A stretch of 40,313 nt of DNA from positions 1-40,313 of IMG/VR virus record IMGVR_UViG_3300021082_000063; one strand, given 5' to 3'. Under the pieces are notes generated by a model. It was not told the origin of the DNA. It worked only from the letters and a program-made list of their open reading frames with translations, and made no database searches. This DNA is from a virus (lineage: Duplodnaviria; Caudoviricetes). Numbering within the stretch: the stretch's first letter is position 1; each line of letters begins with the position of its first letter. The position numbers and the translations under genes are program-made. Positions 26,719 to 36,061 of the stretch are shown here, piece by piece.

Positions 26719-26762
26719 CATTCCGTTGAACCCGTTCACGCAAACCCAAAAGGACTAAGACC

Positions 26763-27557
26763 ATGAACCGCTTCAAGAAAATCAACGACGTGTGGTGCAT
26801 CGAGATCGGCGGCGAGCCGACCGTCGGCACCCTTGTCGGCCAGACCGTCACGGTGACGCTGGCCTCCGGCGCAACCAAGCAAGTCACGCTGGGCGCGTAT
26901 CTCGGCAACGGCATCTACGCCAACGCGCCGCTCGCCTCCGCCCCCAAGGTGGAGATCGGCTCGCTCGACGGCATCATCGCGCTGTTCGACAAGGCCGCCG
27001 CCCGGCTCAAGTTCCCGGCGGTGGTGCTGGACGTGCCCGGCTACGAGGACGGCGTCCGCATCTCACGCGCTGGCGCTCGCGCCAAGTTCCCCGGCACCCT
27101 GAACGTCACCAACGGCGCGAAGGATGACAGCGAGTACGGGCGCACATGGTTCGGGCGCGTCGGCCTCGACGGCAAGTACGCGCCGAGCCGTGACGCCACC
27201 CCCGAGATCGCTGCGGCGCTCAAGGCGTTTGCTGCCGATCCGGTCAAGGTCGCCACCGCCTATGGCCGCGTCAAGCGCAGCCAGATCGAGGTGCGGAACG
27301 CCGACGGCACGGTCGGCTTCAAGCTGGTCGGCCAGTGCTGCTTCTGCCGCAAGGCGCTGACCGACGAGCGCAGCACCGACGTCGGCTACGGCAAAATCTG
27401 CGCCGGTCACTACGGCCTGCCGTGGGGAGCCACGGCGGTGGAGGCCGCCGACGACGGCGCGTTCCATCAGGAGCAGGCCTTCAGCGAAGAGCAGCGGCTG
27501 GAGGACGAGGCGGATCGCCGCCTCGATTGGGAAGCAATGGCGCAGCAGCACGGCTGA
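26763..27557 (+). CDS. DUF6011-domain protein
   Basis: C-terminal CCFCRKALTDERS...GYGKICA; AAGGA RBS. Confidence 0.85.
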   Translation: MNRFKKINDVWCIEIGGEPTVGTLVGQTVTVTLASGATKQVTLGAYLGNGIYANAPLASAPKVEIGSLDGIIALFDKAAARLKFPAVVLDVPGYEDGVRISRAGARAKFPGTLNVTNGAKDDSEYGRTWFGRVGLDGKYAPSRDATPEIAAALKAFAADPVKVATAYGRVKRSQIEVRNADGTVGFKLVGQCCFCRKALTDERSTDVGYGKICAGHYGLPWGATAVEAADDGAFHQEQAFSEEQRLEDEADRRLDWEAMAQQHG

Positions 27558-27561
27558 ACCG

Positions 27562-27603
27562 GGTACGGACCCACGCCAAAATCGGTGGTGGGTCAGTACC
27601 TTT
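27562..27603 (+). terminator. Hairpin/terminator after the DUF6011 gene
   Basis: GGTAC.GACCCAC...GTGGGTC.GTACC followed by TTT. Confidence 0.45.
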
Positions 27604-27641
27604 GATCTAGATCAACCCAAAGCACAGAGAGAGAACGTAAG

Positions 27642-27899
27642 ATGATCACACCGACGATCCACCTGAACGGCACCTCCAAGGCCGCGCTGCTGGAAGGCTA
27701 CCTCGATGTCCTCGCCGCTGGCCGCGATCTGCGCGAGGCCCTTTGCAAAGCCGCTCCCCACGGGCGCGACTACTACCCGCAGGGGTCGCAGGCCTACACC
27801 GACGCCGCCACGGATCACACCGCCCGGCTGCGGAAGCTGAACGAGATCATCAAGGAGATCGAGGTGATCGCCACGGCGGTCAGCGGTCAAGGCCGATAG
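27642..27899 (+). CDS. Hypothetical phage protein (PT.HLNGT...PHGRDYYPQG)
   Basis: Clean ORF with coding-like codon usage. Confidence 0.8.
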   Translation: MITPTIHLNGTSKAALLEGYLDVLAAGRDLREALCKAAPHGRDYYPQGSQAYTDAATDHTARLRKLNEIIKEIEVIATAVSGQGR

Positions 27900-27923
27900 A
27901 CGTTTCACATGACACACCTATGG

Positions 27924-27951
27924 AAGGGGCTGGGGAAACCCGGCCCCTTTC
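27924..27951 (+). terminator. Intrinsic terminator
   Basis: AAGGGGCTGGG-GAAA-CCCGGCCCCTT-T, with a GNRA loop. Confidence 0.7.
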
Positions 27952-28141
27952 GCATGCAGAGATCGATCTGCCTGTCACATGCAGGAAATTGTTTTTTATC
28001 GGGGTATTTCCTCCACCCCCAAAAGGTTTGCCAAACCCCTTTAAACGAACCGTGAGTAATGCATGGGGGCACCTATTCCGCTCACATGGCACGACATTTT
28101 CAGGGGGTAATTTGTCGGGTCACCATCGCCGCCCACAGAGC

Positions 28142-28276
28142 GGTTCATTTAACCCGATTAAATGAACCCGCCCCCAACTTGGTTTTCTGTGGCATAATCA
28201 AACTGAAACCAAGAAACCAAGATTAAACCAAGATCGTCCGGTCAAACCGTTGGAAACCCAAGAGAATAAACCAAAG
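28142..28276. repeat. Palindrome plus AAACCAAG iterons at the terS start (candidate pac region)
   Basis: Perfect 11-bp inverted repeat at 28142-28168; AAACCAAG at 28206, 28214 and 28225; inverted copy at 28178-28185; variants at 28254 and 28268. Confidence 0.65.
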
Positions 28277-28765
28277 CATGGCGGCTGGAGGCCCGGCGGG
28301 GGCAGGCCGCCCGGCAGCACCGCCCGAAAGCGCGAGGTGAAAGTGCGCCTTGAGCCGGTCGCCTTCGACGGCGGCGACATCCGGCCCCTTGGCCTCCGCG
28401 CCCGCGACTACACCGGCCTGTCGCTGAAGGCCTACGTTGATGTCCTGAAGAACCCGAAGGCGCAGGACGGCGACAAGATCAGAGCCGCCACCGAAATCCT
28501 AAATCGCGGTTGGGGAAAGGCCGTCGAGAATGTCAACGTCTCCACCATCAACAGCTTCGCCGGACTTAGCGACGGAGACATCGCCGCCACCCTCGCTCAC
28601 ATTCGAGCAGCTCTCACAGTGGGAGCGCGATCTGATGCAGCTACAGACGTCACGCGAGGTACGACGATCATTGACGGCGTGGGCGGAGAGGTTGGGGTAC
28701 AAGCTGGCGAAGCATCACCGGCTGATGCTGCGGAAGCTGCAGGCGGTGGCGAACAACGAGATTGA
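28250..28765 (+). CDS. terS: Terminase small subunit
   Basis: HGGWRPGGGRPPGS...IRAATEILNRGWGK, immediately before TerL; TTG start is uncertain. Confidence 0.75.
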   Translation: METQENKPKHGGWRPGGGRPPGSTARKREVKVRLEPVAFDGGDIRPLGLRARDYTGLSLKAYVDVLKNPKAQDGDKIRAATEILNRGWGKAVENVNVSTINSFAGLSDGDIAATLAHIRAALTVGARSDAATDVTRGTTIIDGVGGEVGVQAGEASPADAAEAAGGGEQRD

Positions 28766-30059
28766 TCGGCTGGCGATCTTCCTGCCGCCCGGTTCAGCGA
28801 AATCAACGTATGGCTCAATCGTTTTTCCTGCGTGGTTCCTGCAGCGCGTTAGAGGCAGCAAGATCATCGCTGCCTCACATACGACTGAGCTGGCGGAACG
28901 CTTCGGTCGGCGGGTGCGAAACCTTGTTGCAGAACATGGAGAGCTGCTCAATCTCAAGGTCAGCGGGGATAGTTCGGCGGCTGGTCGCTGGTCTACTGAG
29001 ACGGACAACGAATACTACGCAGCCGGTGTTGACACTGGTATCGCTGGCTTCCGCGCAGACCTCGCAATTATTGACGATCCGGTCAGAAGCCGGGCGGATG
29101 CCGACAGTCAGCTGCTCAGAGATCGGCATTGGGATTGGTTCAAATCAGATTTGATGCCACGCATGCGGCCCGGCGGGCGCATCGTGCTGATCATGACGCG
29201 ATGGCATGAGGACGATCTCGCCGCGCGCATCCTCGCCGAGAAGAGCAGCCGCTGGGAGGTGATCTCGATCCCGGCTGAAGCGGAGGAGAACGATCCGCTG
29301 GGTCGCAAGCCGGGCGAGATGCTGTGGGACGATGACGACTACGGCTACGCCGACGTGATGCGAACCGCGAAGCTGCAGCAGCCGCCGCGCAACTGGAGCG
29401 CCCTGTACCAGCAGCATCCGACGCCGGACGAGGGCAATTTCTTCAACCGTAATTGGCTGAAACCCTACGACACGCATCCGCATGTGGATCGCATGCGCGT
29501 CTACATGGGCAGCGACTACGCAGTGACCGACGACGGTGGCGACTACACTTGCCACATCGTGGTCGGCCTCGATCCGACGGGCGAGATGTATCTGCTCGAC
29601 CTGTGGCGCGGGCAGACGACGTCCGACGTCTGGGTCGAGCGGTTCTGCGACCTTGTGAAACGCTGGAAGCCGCTCTACGCGGCGGAGGAGCAGGGTCAGA
29701 TCAAGGCCGGTGTCGGGCCGTTCCTCGACAGCCGGATGCGGCTGCGGCAGGCGTTCGTGGTGCGCGAGCCGTTCCCGACGCGCGGCGACAAGGCGACGAG
29801 GGCGCGGTCGATCCAAGGCCGGATGGCGTTGAACAAGCTGCACGTCCCGGTGCATGCGCCGTGGTATTCCGCCTTCGAGAACGAGCTGCTGTCGTTTCCC
29901 GCTGGCAAGCACGACGATCAGGTTGATGCTATCGGGTTGGTCGGCCAGCTGCTCGACAAGGTGGTGTTTGGCCTAGCCGCGCCGCCGAAAGACAAAGGCG
30001 CTCAGACCGGCTACACTGTCGTTACCGAATTTGAGCAGCGGTTCGACAAGGCGTTGTGA
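28530..30059 (+). CDS. terL: Terminase large subunit
   Basis: Walker A PPGSAKST, Walker B IIDDP, MTRWHEDDL, nuclease motifs GSDYA and HDDQVDA. The start could alternatively be 28635. Confidence 0.95.
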   Translation: MSTSPPSTASPDLATETSPPPSLTFEQLSQWERDLMQLQTSREVRRSLTAWAERLGYKLAKHHRLMLRKLQAVANNEIDRLAIFLPPGSAKSTYGSIVFPAWFLQRVRGSKIIAASHTTELAERFGRRVRNLVAEHGELLNLKVSGDSSAAGRWSTETDNEYYAAGVDTGIAGFRADLAIIDDPVRSRADADSQLLRDRHWDWFKSDLMPRMRPGGRIVLIMTRWHEDDLAARILAEKSSRWEVISIPAEAEENDPLGRKPGEMLWDDDDYGYADVMRTAKLQQPPRNWSALYQQHPTPDEGNFFNRNWLKPYDTHPHVDRMRVYMGSDYAVTDDGGDYTCHIVVGLDPTGEMYLLDLWRGQTTSDVWVERFCDLVKRWKPLYAAEEQGQIKAGVGPFLDSRMRLRQAFVVREPFPTRGDKATRARSIQGRMALNKLHVPVHAPWYSAFENELLSFPAGKHDDQVDAIGLVGQLLDKVVFGLAAPPKDKGAQTGYTVVTEFEQRFDKAL

Positions 30060-30074
30060 TCCAAGGGGCCAGCG

Positions 30075-32045
30075 ATGTCAGACGTGTATCAATCTTCCGT
30101 GGTGGAGGAAACCAGAGCCACGCCGAAGGAAGAGGATACCGCGCAATACCTGACCGTCGATGAGCTGACCAAGCAGCACGAGAACTACTACAACACCAAG
30201 AACAGCGAGATCGAGGAGAAGGGTACGGCTCGCGCCTACTACTCCGGCTCGCAGTGGACATCCGACGAGCTGAAGAAGCTGAAGCTACGCAATCAGCCGC
30301 CGATCACCCGCAACCGCATCAAGCGCAAGATCAACGGCGTGGTCGGCCTCGTCGAGCGGATGCGGCAAGACCCCAAGTGCTACCCGCGCAATCCGAAGGA
30401 TGATGGCAGCGCAGACATTGCAACAGCCGTCATCCGCTATTGCCTCGACAACAACCGCTGGGAAAGCCTGTCGAGCAAGATCGCCTCCGACGTGGCGAAG
30501 GAGGGATTGGGCGGATTGGAGCTGGGCCTGATCGCCGCCAAGCAGGGCGACTACGACGTCACGACGGCTCGCGTCCCGACCGACAGCTATTTCTACGACC
30601 CGGTTTCATTCGAGGCGGATTTCACCGACGTGCTGTTCAACGGGACGGCAAAGTGGGTGGACATGGAGATCGCCAAGACGTTCTGCCCGACCGACAAGTG
30701 GGACGAGATCGCATCCACCACCGACAGCGAGGGAACGCGCGACGACGAGAAGCGCACCGTGCGGTGGTACGACAGCAAGCGCAAGCGGGTTCGCCTCGTC
30801 GATCACTGGTACTACCGCAACGGCCAGTGGTGCTGGGCGCTGCACACCAAGACGCTGGTGCTGATGGAGGGGCTGTCGCCGTTCGTCGATCCAGACGGCA
30901 AGCCGATGAACAAGTTCATCATGTTCTCGGCGAACGTCGATCAGGACGGCGACCGCTACGGGTTCTTTAGAGACATGAAGGACACCCAAGACGAAACCAA
31001 TCACCGCTACAGCAAGGCGCTGCATCTGCTGAACACGCGGCGCATGATTGTCCGGCGCGGCACCGTTGACGTCAACAAGACGCGCATCGAGGCGCACAAA
31101 ACAGACGGCGTCATCGAGTACGACGCCGAGAAGCCGGAGTTCGACGACGCCAAGTCGCTGGCCGACATGCAGGGCCAGCTCGCGTTCCTTGAGGACGCCA
31201 AGGCCGAGATGGAGAATTTCGGACCCAACCCGGCGCTGATGGGGATGGCGGAGGGTGCGAAGAGCGGGCGAGCGATTGCGCTGCTGCAGCAGGCCGGGAT
31301 CGCGGAGCTGGGGACGTACATCATCGAGTACAAGGATTGGAAGCTGCGGGTTTACCGTGGCGTGTTCTGCGCCGTGAAGAAGCACTGGACGATGGAGCGG
31401 TGGATACGAGTGGTCGATCCCGAGGACGAGATGCAGATGCTGCAGATCAACGGCATCCGCTCCGACCCGGTGTACGGCACACCGCAATCGATCAACAGCA
31501 TGGGTGCCATCGACGTTGACGTGATCATCGACGAGGGCAGCGACACCGTGAACCAGATGCAGGATGCGTTCGACACGCTGGGCGTTCTGGCTTCGCGCGG
31601 TGCCGAGGTGCCGCCGGGCCTGCTGATCGAGCTGGCCCCGATCAATTCGCGCATCAAGAAGAAATGGCTGAAGCAGATGGAGGACGCGCAGCAGGGCGAT
31701 CCGATGAAGGAGAAGGCCAAGGAGATCGCGCTGGAGCAGGAAGAGGCCAAGACGATGAAGGAGAAGAGTATCGCGATCAAGAACATGACGGATGCGATGC
31801 TGAACGTCAGCCAAGGTGCCTACTCGCCCGCGACGTTGCCGTATGAGCCGCATCTTCTGGGATTGGCCGACCTTCTCGACAGCGACGAGGGCAACGACCA
31901 AGGGGTTCCGGTGCCGGACGGCGGGATGAGAGGCCCGTCGCCCGGCGCTGGTGCATTGGCACCGCAGCAGCCGCCCAATCCTGCGGAGCAGCTGGCTGGC
32001 GGGCAATTCCCTGCGGCACCGCAAGGTCAACCACCGGGGCTGTAG
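30075..32045 (+). CDS. Portal protein (P22-like)
   Basis: YY.G.QW.....L..R.QP....N.I...I..V.G; SGRAI...QQ.G; D.DV.IDEG; follows TerL. Confidence 0.9.
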   Translation: MSDVYQSSVVEETRATPKEEDTAQYLTVDELTKQHENYYNTKNSEIEEKGTARAYYSGSQWTSDELKKLKLRNQPPITRNRIKRKINGVVGLVERMRQDPKCYPRNPKDDGSADIATAVIRYCLDNNRWESLSSKIASDVAKEGLGGLELGLIAAKQGDYDVTTARVPTDSYFYDPVSFEADFTDVLFNGTAKWVDMEIAKTFCPTDKWDEIASTTDSEGTRDDEKRTVRWYDSKRKRVRLVDHWYYRNGQWCWALHTKTLVLMEGLSPFVDPDGKPMNKFIMFSANVDQDGDRYGFFRDMKDTQDETNHRYSKALHLLNTRRMIVRRGTVDVNKTRIEAHKTDGVIEYDAEKPEFDDAKSLADMQGQLAFLEDAKAEMENFGPNPALMGMAEGAKSGRAIALLQQAGIAELGTYIIEYKDWKLRVYRGVFCAVKKHWTMERWIRVVDPEDEMQMLQINGIRSDPVYGTPQSINSMGAIDVDVIIDEGSDTVNQMQDAFDTLGVLASRGAEVPPGLLIELAPINSRIKKKWLKQMEDAQQGDPMKEKAKEIALEQEEAKTMKEKSIAIKNMTDAMLNVSQGAYSPATLPYEPHLLGLADLLDSDEGNDQGVPVPDGGMRGPSPGAGALAPQQPPNPAEQLAGGQFPAAPQGQPPGL

Positions 32046-32510
32046 ATGGCTGGGGTGAAGCCATTGCTGGAGACGCTGGGCGCGTTGATGCCGCTGGCGA
32101 AGGTGCGACGCGGGCCGGGCGAGCTGATGGGCGTCTACGACAGGCACATTGACGACGTCCCTATCGATTGGCTGAAGCGGATGCCCGGCAACAACATCAG
32201 AAGCGAAGAGAACGTCAGGCTGCTGATGAAGCAGATCGAGGAGCAAGGCCTGCTCGATCCCGGCATCATCCATGCCGGGGGCCAGAGCAAGACGGCGATG
32301 CTGGGCGAGGGCAACCACCGGCTGGAGGCGCTGCGGCGCATGGGCTACCAATCGATGCCGATCCGGTCGTGGGTCGGCAGGGAATACGGCAGCGGCAAGC
32401 CGGGCAGTGATTTCAGCAGCGATTGGATTTTGCCGCCCGGCAAGACGGGTGACGCGCGACCGTCCGACATCTTCCGCAGCCTGTCCGATCTGCTGAAGGG
32501 GCAACGCTGA
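32046..32510 (+). CDS. ParB/Srx-N-like domain protein with shared N-terminal leader
   Basis: I.E.GL.DP.I...GEGNHRLEALRRMG...MP; begins MAGVKPLLETLGAL. Confidence 0.75.
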   Translation: MAGVKPLLETLGALMPLAKVRRGPGELMGVYDRHIDDVPIDWLKRMPGNNIRSEENVRLLMKQIEEQGLLDPGIIHAGGQSKTAMLGEGNHRLEALRRMGYQSMPIRSWVGREYGSGKPGSDFSSDWILPPGKTGDARPSDIFRSLSDLLKGQR

Positions 32511-33493
32511 TGGCTGGCGTCAAGCCTCTGCTCGAAACCATTGGGGCGCTGCTGCCGAAGGGCATCAAGGCGTGGCATGCCTCGCCGCACGATTTCGACA
32601 AGGTGGACCTGAGCAAGATCGGCACCGGGCAGGGGGCGCAGTCATACGGGCCGGGGTTCTACGCGGCGGAAAGTCCTGCGGTGTCAGGACGTGGCGGCGA
32701 GTATTGGCAGGAGTTCTCGCGGCATCCAAAGTTTCAAGAGGACGTCGCGCAGCGCGGTGCCATTGGTTTTTTGGAGGGGGAAGGCTTTGATCGCGCCAAG
32801 GCTATCGAGGCTTCTGCAAAAAACCTAGAGAGCAACGAGCGGTGGCTGGCGAGCCATCCGGTGTCCACCGAGGAACAAGAATATCTCGCAAAGCTGACAG
32901 CCGAGCGGCGAGCGGCGCACGATCTTCTGGTGAGCGACAAACAGGTCGGCCCCCGCGTCTACGAGCTGAACCTCAAGGCCGACCCGAGATCGTTCCTGCA
33001 GTGGGATGAGCCGCTGTCGCAGCAGAACCCTGCCGTTCGCGGCGTGGTGGATAAGTTTGAGCTGGGCCGAGACACCGGGCGCACCAGCATCGTCCACGAT
33101 GAAAGCACTGGCGAGAACATCTATCGGATACTCGGCCAGCGATTGGGGAATGATGGCGACAGGCTTGCGATGAAGCAGCTGTCGCGCGAGGGCATCCCCG
33201 GCGTCCGCTATCTCGATCAGCAATCACGCGCCTTTGGCAACCTCGACTTGGTGCGGAAAAACATTGCCGACACAGAAGCCTTGATCGCCGAGTTTCGCGC
33301 CAGCGGCAACAATCTCCGCGCTGCCGAGCTGGATCAAACCAGAGCGAGGCTGCAGCGCGGGTTGGACACGCCCCGCACCTACAACTACGTCGTCAACAAC
33401 CCTGACATCATCGAGATCATGCGGAAGCTGGCGATCCCCGGCATGGTCGGCGGCGGTGCATACACGGCGTATCAGCCGGGGCAGCAGCAATGA
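32510..33493 (+). CDS. ADP-ribosyltransferase-like protein (polyvalent-protein ART type) with shared leader
   Basis: WHASPHDFDK.DLSKIGTG.GAQ.YG.GFY.AE...VYE..L...GIPGVRYLD...NYVV; begins MAGVKPLLETIGAL. Confidence 0.75.
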   Translation: MAGVKPLLETIGALLPKGIKAWHASPHDFDKVDLSKIGTGQGAQSYGPGFYAAESPAVSGRGGEYWQEFSRHPKFQEDVAQRGAIGFLEGEGFDRAKAIEASAKNLESNERWLASHPVSTEEQEYLAKLTAERRAAHDLLVSDKQVGPRVYELNLKADPRSFLQWDEPLSQQNPAVRGVVDKFELGRDTGRTSIVHDESTGENIYRILGQRLGNDGDRLAMKQLSREGIPGVRYLDQQSRAFGNLDLVRKNIADTEALIAEFRASGNNLRAAELDQTRARLQRGLDTPRTYNYVVNNPDIIEIMRKLAIPGMVGGGAYTAYQPGQQQ

Positions 33494-34518
33494 GCAAGCT
33501 GAGCAAGCTGCTCGAAACCATTGCCGCGCTGCGCGACATCCGTCCGGCAGCTGAGAGCCTGCACGACGTTGCGAGATCGAATTTCAAGTACGGCATGGTC
33601 GGCAAAAACGAGATGGTGCCGATTGATAAGTTGACCGGCGGCGTGTCCACCGCAGCCGACGATGCGCGGCGCGTCGATGAACTGTTTCAGCAGATGTCGG
33701 GACCGCAGGGCTACGTCGAGCGGCTGATCGCCGACGACGCAGGCAACGTGGTCGAGGGGCAGCACCGGCTCGACGCGCTGCGCCGCCTGCAGGCGCGGGA
33801 GGTGCCGGTGTCGCGGCTGCACGACCTGTCGAGGCCATATGACGTGCAGCGGGTTGAGCGAGCGATTGCCGAAGGCGGCGTCAAGCATCCAGACCAGATC
33901 ACGCAGCTGGCTCGCGAGGCTTTCGAGAGCGCGTTCCGGCACGGCGGCCCCGCCAAGGTTCTGGCCGAGCGGGAGATGCCAGCGCCGTACACTGCGGCCT
34001 ACGAGGCCGCGCTGAAGCAGATGCTGCCGATCAACACCTTCCACGGCTCGACCGAGCGCAACCTGAAGCGCATCGATCCGCGCCACGCCATCGAAACACG
34101 CGGCGCGACATTCCATGCGACCAATCCTGACGTCGCGGAGACGTTCACGTTCCCGCGCGAGTACGGCGAGATGCTGACCTACGATCCGGCGACCGGGCGA
34201 GAGCTGAAGCGTGGCCGGGTCTACGAGACACAGCTGACGCCAAAGAAGCTGCATGAGGTGCCAGCCACCGACGCGCAGCGGTTCATCGACGACAGCGGCA
34301 TGCAGGCCGAGGTGGTGAAGGAGGCTCGCGGCACCGGCCACGACGCCATCGTCGCGCGTGACGTCAAGGAGGGGATCGGCGAGCGGTACAAGGGCGACGT
34401 CTACGGCACGTTCACCAGTGACATCGTCAAGATACTCCGCAAGTACGGCGTTGCAGCGCCGCTGGCTTACCCGCTGGCCGGGCCTGCGATTGATGCGGCG
34501 AGGGGCAGTGATGGCTGA
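33490..34518 (+). CDS. ParB-like plus ART-like two-domain protein with leader variant
   Basis: EGQHRLDALRRL...VPV, then FHGS...GATFHATNPDVA...GRVYETQL...GHDAIV; begins MSKLSKLLETIAAL. Confidence 0.7.
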   Translation: MSKLSKLLETIAALRDIRPAAESLHDVARSNFKYGMVGKNEMVPIDKLTGGVSTAADDARRVDELFQQMSGPQGYVERLIADDAGNVVEGQHRLDALRRLQAREVPVSRLHDLSRPYDVQRVERAIAEGGVKHPDQITQLAREAFESAFRHGGPAKVLAEREMPAPYTAAYEAALKQMLPINTFHGSTERNLKRIDPRHAIETRGATFHATNPDVAETFTFPREYGEMLTYDPATGRELKRGRVYETQLTPKKLHEVPATDAQRFIDDSGMQAEVVKEARGTGHDAIVARDVKEGIGERYKGDVYGTFTSDIVKILRKYGVAAPLAYPLAGPAIDAARGSDG

Positions 34519-36046
34519 CCGATACGAAACCGACGTGGCGTGGCCGCTGCCGCAGGAGCCGACCGCAGCCGAACGCGCTGCCTTCCTGCAATCCCGCAAG
34601 TACCGCAACGTCGGGCCGGGCAACAACAGGCTGGAGGATGTCGCCGACGCGCTGGTGCCGAAGGAGCCGTGGGAATATGGGCTGATGGCGCTGGGGCCGG
34701 GCGCAGGCCTCGCCGGTCGGGCGCTGGCGCAGCTGCCGAAGGCTGCGCGGGTGGCGCTGGGGGCTGCTGGGATCACGGCGACGGCGAGCGAGGCCGAGGC
34801 AGGCAACAAGTGGAGCAAGGCCGGTGGCGCGTCCGTCGATGCCGTCAAGTCATGGCTGCAGAAGCTGGGCTACAACCCCAGCGACGTTCCGGCCAATTGG
34901 GTGGTCCGTCACACGCCGCAGGGTCCGGTGCTGGCCGACGCTTCCGACAAAGGCGCTGGCGGCTATCACAATCTGTCCGCGCTGCGAACCGGCCTGCCGC
35001 TCGACGAGATGGGCTACAAGATCAAGGGCGCACCGGATTTCCAGCGCAACGTCAAGGACATCGCCGACTACGAGGGCGGCTACCTGATCCCGACCGGCGT
35101 GGATCGCATGCGAGCTGGCGGCAAGCTGACGCAGATCGGCGAGACGAAGCTGCCGAAGGCGGTGCAGATGGAGGGCGGCATCGACTATCCGTGGCTGCAG
35201 ATGGGCAAGAAGGTGCCGGGGCAGGCCGACGACGTGACGCGCATCTGGGCGAACCAGCAAGGCCCGGCAACCGGGATCAACCGCAAGGCGGAAGAGGTGC
35301 TGGAGAAGGGCGGGACGCCATACCTGATGCCGGTGACCGGCGCGAAGGGCATGGGCGACAGTTCGCAGCAGCTCACATCGTCGGCGCTGCAGGCGGCGCG
35401 GCAAGCCGACCTGACACCGGCTGCGATCAAAGCCATCGACGAGGCGCTGCCGGTCAAGGGCGCGAAGATCAAGGGCGATCCGGTGCGGCCCTATCCCGGC
35501 TTCGCCAGCGACGAGCTGCCGGATTGGCTGCGCGACGTCTCAGGACCGTGGCGCAGCGCGTTCGTGAAATCATTGGACATGAAGCCGGTGATGAAGGGCG
35601 GCGGGCCGGATATCGGTCAGGTGCGCTACGCCAACACCGATCCGCGATTGGTCAACACGCCGACCGCTGCGGGTGGCCGCATGATCGCGCAGATGGACCC
35701 GACGCTGGGGACAGCGCCGTCGCTGCATTCCACCTATCCGGCGGCGATGCTGGGACCGCAGGGCGGCGTCGGCGGCCTGCAGGGTTCGGTGCCGTTCCAC
35801 CTGATCAACCCCGACATCCACCGTGCGCTGCTGAAGGCCGGGCCTGCCGAGAAGTTCGCCAACAAGGCCGACTACTACTCGATGCTGCACATGCCGACCG
35901 GCGTTCCGAAATATCAGAAGGTGACGCCAGAGGTGGTCGATCTGGTTTCGGAGTTTTTCCGTAAATACCCGCAGGGTTGGGCAGTCGGTGGAGCTGTTCC
36001 GCTGGCCGGTCGCGCAGCCTACGAACAAAGTGTAGGATCACAGTAA
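34511..36046 (+). CDS. Large hypothetical (probable virion cargo/ejection-type) protein
   Basis: ATG at 34511 after AGGGG. Gly/Ala hydrophobic segment ending SEAEAG; C-terminal RKY plus a hydrophobic tail like the two preceding genes. Confidence 0.8.
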   Translation: MADRYETDVAWPLPQEPTAAERAAFLQSRKYRNVGPGNNRLEDVADALVPKEPWEYGLMALGPGAGLAGRALAQLPKAARVALGAAGITATASEAEAGNKWSKAGGASVDAVKSWLQKLGYNPSDVPANWVVRHTPQGPVLADASDKGAGGYHNLSALRTGLPLDEMGYKIKGAPDFQRNVKDIADYEGGYLIPTGVDRMRAGGKLTQIGETKLPKAVQMEGGIDYPWLQMGKKVPGQADDVTRIWANQQGPATGINRKAEEVLEKGGTPYLMPVTGAKGMGDSSQQLTSSALQAARQADLTPAAIKAIDEALPVKGAKIKGDPVRPYPGFASDELPDWLRDVSGPWRSAFVKSLDMKPVMKGGGPDIGQVRYANTDPRLVNTPTAAGGRMIAQMDPTLGTAPSLHSTYPAAMLGPQGGVGGLQGSVPFHLINPDIHRALLKAGPAEKFANKADYYSMLHMPTGVPKYQKVTPEVVDLVSEFFRKYPQGWAVGGAVPLAGRAAYEQSVGSQ

Positions 36047-36061
36047 CCAAGGGGCGATCTC

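Noticed and set aside
28149-28161. CtrA box
   Set aside because: The spacing is TTAA-N5-TTAA rather than the N7 consensus; better explained as part of the palindrome.
32046-34518. ParABS plasmid partition system
   Set aside because: Only ParB N-terminal-like domains without an HTH, no ParA, and they are embedded in the virion operon next to ART domains.
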